Notes under the pieces: model-generated | Seen by the model: the letters and a program-made list of their open reading frames with translations, nothing else | The model's database searches: none | Told to the model about the DNA's origin: nothing | Program-made: the position numbers and the translations under genes | NCBI GenBank assembly: GCA_050916045.1 | Contig: CP051526.1 | Span: 3,744,001 to 3,808,000, forward strand | From: Tepidisphaera sp. | GTDB taxonomy: Bacteria; Planctomycetota; Phycisphaerae; Phycisphaerales; UBA1924 | DNA: 64,000 nt | Reading direction: 5' to 3' | Shown here: positions 9,453 to 18,710 of the stretch, one piece after another | How the letters are laid out: every line of letters starts with the position of its first letter | Position numbering within the stretch: the stretch's first letter is position 1

Positions 9453-10049
9453 TCACGGCTTGGCGGACCGGGGAGGCGCCGAGCCGATCGTGCGAGCCAG
9501 GAGCGAAGCCCACGCCGCGCTGGACACATCGTCGCGACCCGCTCGGAACGAACCGGCCATCTCGCTTGGCCCGAGCTTGTCCTCGAACCCGGGCGTGGAA
9601 TGCGTCAGACGGAGGGTTGCGCCGCGGAACCGGCCGCCGTTGGTCTTGTCGCCAAGATCGCGAGCGGGGGTGAAGAACCCGCCGCCGGAGTACACGCCGA
9701 ACTGGCCGTTGGCGAAGACGGCTTGCCGAACGGTGAAGCTGCAGGCTTCATCGGCGATGGGAGTCTCGCCCGGGCGCGGGCTGAGGAAGAGGTGAACGTG
9801 GACGAGGGTGCCAGAGAGCTTGGAGAGGTCCGCACCGGGCTCGGCGGCGGAAGCGGGGAGGTCGGTGAGGTAGAAGTCGGCGGTGTTGCGGTCCGTCGCG
9901 GAAAAAACGCGGGTCCCGGCTTCGGTGCGGAGCACGCTTCCCGAACGCATGGAGACGGTGTCGAGGGAGTTGGAGACACGGGAACAGCCGACAAGAATGG
10001 CGAGGGAAGCGGCGAAGGAAGCGGCAAGGACGAGGCGGAGGTGGTTCAC
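9453..10049 (-). CDS. Hypothetical lipoprotein
   Basis: GTG start, signal peptide ending LAILVGC (lipobox); 3' part of ORF 9453..11132. Confidence 0.65.
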   Translation of the reverse strand: MNHLRLVLAASFAASLAILVGCSRVSNSLDTVSMRSGSVLRTEAGTRVFSATDRNTADFYLTDLPASAAEPGADLSKLSGTLVHVHLFLSPRPGETPIADEACSFTVRQAVFANGQFGVYSGGGFFTPARDLGDKTNGGRFRGATLRLTHSTPGFEDKLGPSEMAGSFRAGRDDVSSAAWASLLARTIGSAPPRSAKP

Positions 10050-10073
10050 GCGGTGATGATACACGGGCAATCC

Positions 10074-10258
10074 TTCCGAGCCCGAAGCGCGAGCGAGGGG
10101 GAGGCGGGGAGCGGCGAGCGGCGAGCGGCGAGCGGCGAGGATCGAACAAACCGCAGCGTGCATCTTCGTCGCGAGGGACGCCGTGTCGTGACGAATGCGC
10201 ACAGAGACAATCGGGCGCGTCGTTCCGCTTCTCCCTTGCTTGCGCTGCGGGCTCTGAA
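10074..10258. repeat. Inverted pair of ~26-bp REP-like elements enclosing (AGCGGCG)x4
   Basis: TTCCGAGCCCGAAGCGCGAGCGAGGG at 10074-10099 vs reverse complement of 10233-10258 (TTCAGAGCCCGCAGCGCAAGCAAGGG), 22/26 identical; heptamer tandem at 10110-10137. Confidence 0.75.
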
Positions 10259-10267
10259 AGAAACTGA

Positions 10268-11695
10268 TTACCGCGCCATCGCGCCGACGCTGATCTTGAC
10301 CGGGACGAAGGTCGGCTTGACCTTGGCTTCGAACTCGGCCCGGTACTTGTTCATGATCGTCCGGATGGCCCAGTTGTTGCCGTCGGCCAAGCCGCAGATC
10401 GTGGTGCCGGGCATGCTGCCCATGCTGGTCGCGATCTCGAGCGCGAGGTCCAGGTCCTTGGTCCGGCCTTGGCCATCTTCGATACGGCTCATCAGCTGGT
10501 AAAGCCAGCCGCTGCCCTCGCGGCAGGGGGTGCACTGGCCGCAGCTCTCGTGCTTGAAGAACCGGGCGATGTTGCGAGCGACCGCGACCATGTCGGTGTC
10601 TTCGTCGAAGACCGTGGGGCACGCGGTGCCGAGCCCGAGGACGTTGTTCTTGCGGCCGATGTCGAAATCCATCTCGGCGTCGTACTGGTCGGGCCCGAGG
10701 ACGCCCATCGAGATGCCGCCGGCGATCGCGCCCTTGAACTTTTTGCCGTTGCGGATGCCGTTGCAGAGCTTGGGGTCTTCGACGAGCTGGCGGAGGGTGA
10801 TGCCGAGCTCGAGTTCGTAGACGCCGGGGCGGTTGACGTGGCCGCTGACGCCCATGAGCTTGGTGCCGTGGCTGCCCATCTGGCCGGGGATGGTGGAGGC
10901 TTTGCCCTGCTTGAGGAACCAGTCGGCGCCGTTCTCGATGATGCTGGGGAGGTGGGCGAGGGTCTCGACGTTGTTGATGATGGTGGGCTTGCCGAAGAGA
11001 CCCTTGATGGCCGGGAATGGCGGCTTGATGCGAGGCCAGCCGCGCTTGCCTTCGAGCCCTTCGAGCAGAGCGGTCTCTTCGCCGCAGATGTACGCGCCCG
11101 CGCCGCGGTGCACGTAGCAGTCGACCTTCCATGAGCCGCCGCGAGCGGTCTGAGCTCCGCCGAGGAGGCCATTGCCGCCGAAAACGCCGTTCTTGTACGC
11201 TTCGGCGAGGGCTTGCTCGAGGACCTTGGCTTGGAGGTGGTACTCGCCGCGGATGAAGATGTAGGCTTTGCTGATGCGGCAGGCGTAGCAGGCGATGGCG
11301 ATGCCCTCGAGCATCAGGTGGGGGTCAAAATCCATCAGCAGGCGGTCTTTGAAGGTGCCGGGCTCGGACTCGTCGGCGTTGATGGCGAGGTAGCGCTGGC
11401 CGCCGTCCTCTTCCTGGCCGGCTTCGTTGACCTTGACCTTGGGAAGGAACGTCCATTTGAGGCCGCAGGGGAAGCCAGCGCCGCCGCGGCCGCGGAGGGT
11501 GGATTTCTTGACCTCGTCGGTGACCGCGTCGGGCTTCATCCCGAGGGCTTTGCGGAGGCCGACGTAGCCGCCGGTGTTGACGTATTCGTCGTAGGAAACG
11601 ACGTGGCGGCCTTTGGGATCCGCGTAGGGCCAGCAGGGGATCCGCTTGGTCAGAATCGGGCCGGAGAGGTTGGGATTGATGGGAGCAAAGGCCAT
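10268..11695 (-). CDS. nuoF: NADH-quinone oxidoreductase subunit F
   Basis: LRGRGGAGFP, NADESEPGTFKDR, GAGAYICGEETALLEGLEG, HESCGQCTPCREG, TICGL motifs. Confidence 0.95.
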   Translation of the reverse strand: MAFAPINPNLSGPILTKRIPCWPYADPKGRHVVSYDEYVNTGGYVGLRKALGMKPDAVTDEVKKSTLRGRGGAGFPCGLKWTFLPKVKVNEAGQEEDGGQRYLAINADESEPGTFKDRLLMDFDPHLMLEGIAIACYACRISKAYIFIRGEYHLQAKVLEQALAEAYKNGVFGGNGLLGGAQTARGGSWKVDCYVHRGAGAYICGEETALLEGLEGKRGWPRIKPPFPAIKGLFGKPTIINNVETLAHLPSIIENGADWFLKQGKASTIPGQMGSHGTKLMGVSGHVNRPGVYELELGITLRQLVEDPKLCNGIRNGKKFKGAIAGGISMGVLGPDQYDAEMDFDIGRKNNVLGLGTACPTVFDEDTDMVAVARNIARFFKHESCGQCTPCREGSGWLYQLMSRIEDGQGRTKDLDLALEIATSMGSMPGTTICGLADGNNWAIRTIMNKYRAEFEAKVKPTFVPVKISVGAMAR

Positions 11696-11931
11696 AGGGT
11701 CGCAGTGTAGGAGGATTTTCGGGGAGTGGTGCGTGCTGGATTCGGCCCGGGCTCGGAACGCGTCGGGCGAGGATCGCCGGGCAAGGGCACGCGACCAGGT
11801 TTGGTCTTTGTTCTCCACCGGGTCGCGAAACCTCGAGGGTCGATGAATGCCACGAGTTGCGCTACCATCGCGGTCCCCGCCGCGCGGGGAATTTCTTGTA
11901 CCGCCCGCTTGGCACCAGAGGAACGAATCCG

Positions 11932-13131
<1,200 letters not shown>

Positions 13132-13147
13132 AGCCCGTCCAGAACGG

Positions 13148-13909
13148 CTATCCGCCTTTCGCACCCCGCCTTCCGGCGGGGTTTTTCTTTGGACGAAGGC
13201 CATAGAGATTGCGTTTGACGATGTACTGTGCGACCTCCGAGGGAATTCCGTTCAGCCCGGGGATCCGCTTCCATCGGCGCACATCGAGCGGCGCTCCCGG
13301 GATCGCCGCTCGTGCGGCGGTCGAGCTTTCCGGGCTGAGAATGTTCTCGGCGAGGCGTGCTTCCCAAGAAGCGAGCTCCGCTCGCGTCCAGAACGTCTGG
13401 TCCATCGCCTTTCCGAGGGCGCGAGCGGTCACAATCGGTCTGCGACGGAGGACCAGCGGCTCGGCCACCTTGATGATCGCCCTGGGGGACTTCCAACGGT
13501 GGAACGCAACGGCCTGATCGGTGCCGATGAGCAATCGGAGCTTGACGCCCGTAGGAACCACCCGGCGGAGTCGGCGAAGCGTCTCGATCGAATAGCTCGG
13601 CTTGCCGGCCGCCGCACGATCGAGTTCGTCGGACCAGACGAGGACGTGCTTGTATCCGCGGGCCACCAGCCGGACCATGGCGAGCCGCTGTCGGTCGGAA
13701 GCTCGCGGACCGTCGGCTTTGTGGGGGCTTCGCGCGGCGGGGACGAGGAGGATCCTCGTGGTCGCCGGGTCAAAGCCAGCCAGCGAGGTCAGTGAAGCGA
13801 TCTCGTGCCCGAAATGCGGCGGATCGAAGCTCCCTCCAAACACCAAAAGCGTTCGGACCCACTTGGGCAACGCAAGCGGCGTGATCGGCGGTCGGGTCGC
13901 GGTCGGCAT
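13148..13909 (-). CDS. nadD: Nicotinate-nucleotide adenylyltransferase
   Basis: FGGSFDPPHFGH, SPHK, SYSIETL, LIGTD..FHRWK, SST..R, YIVKRNLY. Confidence 0.9.
   Translation of the reverse strand: MPTATRPPITPLALPKWVRTLLVFGGSFDPPHFGHEIASLTSLAGFDPATTRILLVPAARSPHKADGPRASDRQRLAMVRLVARGYKHVLVWSDELDRAAAGKPSYSIETLRRLRRVVPTGVKLRLLIGTDQAVAFHRWKSPRAIIKVAEPLVLRRRPIVTARALGKAMDQTFWTRAELASWEARLAENILSPESSTAARAAIPGAPLDVRRWKRIPGLNGIPSEVAQYIVKRNLYGLRPKKNPAGRRGAKGG
13163..13190 (+). terminator. metK terminator (overlaps nadD 3' end)
   Basis: ACCCCGCC-ttcc-GGCGGGGT followed by a T-run. Confidence 0.7.
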
Positions 13910-13998
13910 GACGAATCGTACCGGAAGCCCCGCAGGTCGATCGCCGCTCCGCCCCCCGGATGACTCCAAGAAGGTGCGGTCCTACGATCTGCCCGGCT

Positions 13999-14073
13999 GG
14001 CCCCGTCGTCTAGCCTGGTCCAGGACACATCCCTTTCACGGATGCGACATGGGTTCGAATCCCATCGGGGTCA
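13999..14073 (+). tRNA. tRNA-Glu (anticodon TTC), CCA not encoded
   Basis: Cloverleaf: acceptor GGCCCCG/CGGGGTC-A; anticodon arm CATCC-CTTTCAC-GGATG; T arm ATGGG-TTCGAAT-CCCAT. Confidence 0.96.
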
Positions 14074-14076
14074 TTT
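14053..14076 (+). repeat. att core, left copy (GTTCGAATCCCATCGGGGTCATTT)
   Basis: Identical to 26331-26354. Confidence 0.93.
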
Positions 14077-14186
14077 TAGGTTTCCGAACGGTATCGCAAA
14101 GTGTCGCAAGTGCCTGATTTTCAGGCACTTGTGGTTTTTGGACCGGATCGGGTTTCTGCTCGATTCGAGTCGTTTCCGCTGCTTGC

Positions 14187-14205
14187 TGCACCGGATTCTG
14201 CACCG
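14187..14205 (+). repeat. Putative integrase arm-type site TGCACCGGATTCTGCACCG (left)
   Basis: Identical 19-mer at 26269-26287; contains TGCACCG twice. Confidence 0.7.
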
Positions 14206-16512
14206 CTTTTGCAGAGCTCATTGACGCCCGTGCGGTCTCGTAATCCGCTTCTCGGACAGAGAGATAGCTCTGTGCAGCAACGGTGGTGGTGTTACCCAGC
14301 CAAGCGCAGACGACGTGCAAGGGGAACCGCTCGGTGAGCTCGGTTTGACGTGACGCTCGCAGATTGTGCCACACTCGGGGCCAGGGCTCGAGGCCCGCCC
14401 GACGGATGATCCGCTTGAACTGCGTGCCGAGGTTGATGTTCGACCGCCCATACCCATCGGTGCGACGAAAGCGCTCGGAGATCACGAATCGGGCGCCTGC
14501 GGGTGCTCTCGTCCGAGCCTGCTGTAAGTAAGGGACAAGCTCAGGGAACAGCGGAATGGTCCGGGTCTCCTGATTCTCACTGGCTTCCGTCTTGGGCGAG
14601 TTGACGGTGATGCGCCCGCGTTCCCAGTCCACGTTTTCCCACTTTAACGCAAGATGCTCACTTGGACAACGCAGACCCCCATACCGGGACAGAGCGATCA
14701 GCAACCGCCAATCGTCATCTGGACACACGGCCATGACGCGGTCGATGATGTCCTTGGGAACAAATCGAAGACGCGTGGTATTGGTCTGGCTGCCCGCTGG
14801 AACCTCGGCAAAGGGGCTTTCCCCACTTCGCCCGAGCACCGCGAGGTAGTTGGAGAGACTCTGCGTGAGGTAGATGGTGCATGCTCGGCTCGCGCGGGCA
14901 GTCGCCTGAAAGTCCATGTCCTTGGCGGTGATGAAGTTCTGCGCCTCGTCTGCCCAGAGGAACACCGGACGACCGTTGGCGGTGATGCTGCGTGCCTCGG
15001 TTGCACGCTGCCAGAGGTACTTCCAGATGATCTGGGCGATGCGGCCCAGTTCGTGATAGACCTTGATCGGGAGATCGATGATGACGATGCGTCCGTCATG
15101 GGTGCACTCAGGGGTGATCGTCGTGGTGGTTCCGAAGAGTTCGCGGAGTTGGCCACGTCGCATGCCGTCGGCAAGAGTGGTGAACGTCGACACGATGCTC
15201 GCACGGGTTCGTTCATCAAGCTTGGGAAACTCCCGGAGCCAGTACTCCGCGGTGATGTCGAGATCGTGTCGCTCACTCTCCGTGAGCCGACGGTCCCTTG
15301 CTCGCATCAGCCACAGGCAGCAGCGCGAGTTGGCAACCCACGTGGGATCGCCAAGGGCATCGGGATGGGTGGGTGCTGACAGAATCACGTCTGCAATGTC
15401 GGCCAGAGCCACGGTGCCATTGGCAAGGACCGCAAGGTCGATCGCGTTGCGAAGCAACTGACGAAGCGCTCGGGCCCAGAACGGGTCTTGAGAAGCTCCC
15501 CCTCCACCACCGTCCCGGTCGGCCACCTCCAGGACCTCTCCAAAGATGGCCACCAGATTCTCGGTGATGCCGGCCCCGCCGGTGCGTTGTTCGCACCTCG
15601 CCCGCTCGTAGTCAAGGAAGTTGAGCCGATGGGGTTGGTTGACGCCAAAGACGATCACGTCCTCGGCGCGGCCGGTGTCAGCGGCATACTTCTTCCAGAG
15701 CTCGACTTCGTCAGGCTTGGCGGTGAGCACGAGTCCGCCGAATCCCGCCAATAGCATGGCACGCGCGATCGCGGCACCCGACCCTGAGGTCTTGCCGCTT
15801 CCTGTAGCTCCAAAGATCTGGGTGCCCTCGCAGGCATCTGCGACCGTCCACGGATCGTGTGGCGTCATCATCAGCAGCGGGTGCTGCATGATGTCGCTTG
15901 GAGGCTGGGGGGCTTTGCTCCACGGCCATTTCATTCCGCATTCTCTACCTGCCTCGAATCCCGAGTTCTACTGCTCGCTCGTTTTTCTCTGGCACTTCAC
16001 GCGAATGCCACGTGAACGTGGCGAGCCACGTAGGCGTGTCACGTTCCTGTGGCACACCTGACCTGGAGGCCTTTGCTTCCCATCACTACTGTTTGCGCTA
16101 GGGCCAGCCCGTCGGTGACGATCCCGAGAAAGTCGTGGCATGAGCTTCCCGGCGTCTTTGCGTCGTCCTCCATGTGGATCGGTGGCTTCGGCTCTGCGTC
16201 GACCGTGCTCTTATTGGCGGTCACGCCGACGAGCATGGTCGTCGCCACGCGACACCTCTCGCGCATGGAGAGGGGCGGCTCGAGTCCATGTGGGTAGCAT
16301 GCCGAGTCGCTGACCTCCGAGTTCGACCCATCGGTCGCTGGGGAAACCGGCGATCAGTGGCACGGGTCCGTTCGCTCGATCCTTGCCACACGCCTTGCCG
16401 CGTATGGCACTTGATCTACGCGAGTTCAAGGACTGACACAACTTCGTGTCATAGGCGGCAGTTCATGCGGTGGGTGTACCGAACCGGAGACTTTGGTTGT
16501 ATGCTAAACGCA

Positions 16513-17306
16513 TGAGTAAAATCCCATCGAGCTCTCGCCGCGCATGCCGCCACGCTGCGATTCTGCTGAGCGGATGTGCGGCGGCTGCTGGGTTGGCGCC
16601 CGCCTCGTCCGCGCAATCCATCGAGGCACTCCCGACGCCGCTTCTAGATGTCAGCGGCGTGAGTGGAGATGGCCGGGTCATCGTGGGCAGCTCGTCAGAC
16701 GGAACGCCATCCATGTGGTCGGCCGATCGCGGAGTCGAACCGATCCCCCTTCTACCCAACACCACGTCCGGGAGGAACATCCGTGTGAGCGAGGACGGGA
16801 CGACCGTCGTGGGCGTCATGAGGGGGGTCGGTCGGATCAATTCGACTGGGATGCGATGGACGGATGCGGGCGCCTTCCTGCTGCCCATTGCGGAAGGCGC
16901 GGTGGACGTCAACTGGGATGGCTCGGTGGTCGTCACCTCGACGGTCGTGTGGACTCTCGCCCGGGGGGCTTCGAGCGTTTCCACAGAACTGAGCCGTCGC
17001 GGCATTGTGTCGGGCGACTGGAGCGGTCTGCAAATCACGGGGATGTCATCAGACGGAAGAGTGCTGGTGGGAGTGGGTAGGCGGGGCGGAACGTTTAGCG
17101 GCTGGCGAGCCACATTGCGCTGTCCGCTTTCGGTTCCGTACTGCCGAGCGGACTCCACCTGCGATGGCTTCCTCGACTTCTTCGATTACGACGCTTTCGT
17201 TGAGGCGTTCGAGAGCGGCAGTGTTTCCGCGGATTTCAATGGGGATGGCTTCTTGGACTTCTTCGACTATGACGAGTTCGTTTCGGCGTTCGAGACCGGC
17301 TGCTGA
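16513..17306 (+). CDS. Secreted protein with HAF-like extracellular repeats and C-terminal GC-type dockerin-like EF-hand pair
   Basis: Signal peptide; repeats VSGDGRVIVG/VSEDGTTVVG/MSSDGRVLVG; tail CRADSTCDGFLDFFDYDAFV...ADFNGDGFLDFFDYDEFVSAFETGC. Confidence 0.85.
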
Positions 17307-18020
17307 CTCTCATGGCGGTGCGGTCGCTGCCGCGGCTTTCTTCTGCTCGCCTTCGTCCATCGGCATGGTTACAGACCCTGAATTATGCCTAGGGCGCAAT
17401 CGGGGGTGACAGCCAAGTCAAATGTCCATCCACCACCCTCCTAAGCGGAGGGATGGTGGCACCAGCTTCTCCCGTTCATTCGACGGCGTGTCGATGGTCA
17501 GGGCGTCCGCTTGGGTCGTGCCTCGTAGTGCCGCCTGTCACCACGGGCACCCGCCAAGCGGCTTCAAGCTGCCGCGCGAAGAGGTCGCGGATCGGCGGCA
17601 TGAGGAGCAGAGGGACCCTGCGGTAGGTCGAGAATGTGAGGATGCGGAGGCTCGGACGGGCTCATGCTGCACGATACCCCGCTGAGGGATTCGACGTTTC
17701 ACGCTGCACCGACGTCCATCCACGATGCGCCGAAGCGGCGGATCGTGGTACCCCCGCCATCAGTTGTGCAGAGACGGATTCCGTCGAACGAGTCCAACAC
17801 GCCCGGCAAAACAGAGTCAGTCGTGCCACCCGCCGTACCGCAATTCTCGGCTTGCTGGTGCAGCAAATTCAGGAGCCCGTGTCAGAAGCTCGCCGTCGGC
17901 CATTTGAGCGCGAATAGCACAGCAAGTGTCGCCGTTGAAGTCCGCGAACGGCTACCACGCCGGAATGGCATAACCGCACTCTCAGTACCATTTTCGGGTT
18001 GCCGTTCACCGCAGGCTTAC

Positions 18021-18698
18021 TTACGGTTTAAATTGGCTTGCTGACAACGAAGAGCACAAGGCCCGAAATTCAGAAATTTTAGTTACTTGTGACGAAGCTG
18101 ACACCCATGCAGGGCTTCCATTCAAGGATGCGCCCAGTTGTTGCGCAACAAAAGCCAGATCCAGATTCAAACAAACAGTATCAGAAAACTCCGGATTCGC
18201 CTTACTGAGAAAACCGCAAGAAATAATAAACAGTGACGACTCATTATCCACATGTAAAATGGCGGCAGGGCCTAATGGGCTGCGCACGTGGACAAGCTCC
18301 GTGGGCGAGCCGTCTGGCACAATAACGCTCTCTCTAATGCTATAGCAAGTGTATTTCCTTCTGTGTACATTTAACGACAATGCAACCTCCGCCCGAGAAG
18401 AAAGACTGTCCGCAAGTTGCCTTGCCTGATCGAGCGAAACAGCGAAGGGCGCACGTATTAGAAAATGTGCTTCAAAGAGCTGTTTTACCGGGTGTCGCTC
18501 AAGACCAAGTAGGAATAGCTCAATTGACTGCGGCCGTTCTCCCCAGTCACATCCCACCAAATGTTCGTACTGATTAGTCGATAACTTTCGGAACTGATCC
18601 TCAAATCGAATATGATCAAACGCCGCAGGGCCTTCGCAGACAGAGTTGCAGCCGCCAATGACGCCCAAGCACACAATGACCACAAAATATCTATTCAT
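18021..18698 (-). CDS. Hypothetical lipoprotein, candidate immunity protein of the RHS toxin
   Basis: Begins 12 bp after the RHS stop; lipobox-like MNRYFVVIVCLGVIGGC; AT-rich like the toxin tip. Confidence 0.6.
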   Translation of the reverse strand: MNRYFVVIVCLGVIGGCNSVCEGPAAFDHIRFEDQFRKLSTNQYEHLVGCDWGERPQSIELFLLGLERHPVKQLFEAHFLIRAPFAVSLDQARQLADSLSSRAEVALSLNVHRRKYTCYSIRESVIVPDGSPTELVHVRSPLGPAAILHVDNESSLFIISCGFLSKANPEFSDTVCLNLDLAFVAQQLGASLNGSPAWVSASSQVTKISEFRALCSSLSASQFKP

Positions 18699-18710
18699 AC
18701 TTGGGTATCC

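Larger units (their letters stand above)
14036..15934 (-). pseudogene. Chimeric ORF: N-terminal VirD4/TraD-like type IV coupling ATPase (~15934-14820) fused in frame to a tyrosine integrase catalytic domain (~14820-14036)
   Basis: Walker A GATGSGKT, DPFW, Walker B LWADEAQ, ARASRAC..YLTQS; then GLRCPSE, SPKT, WHNLRASRQTEL, WLGN, SYL integrase motifs. Confidence 0.85.

Noticed and set aside
11696..11931. SAM riboswitch upstream of metK
   Set aside because: No SAM-I/II consensus elements recognisable by eye; needs an Rfam scan
17928..17945. Minus-strand ADFNGD hexapeptide suggesting another dockerin remnant
   Set aside because: Too short, not followed by the GFxDFFD pattern, not in a credible ORF
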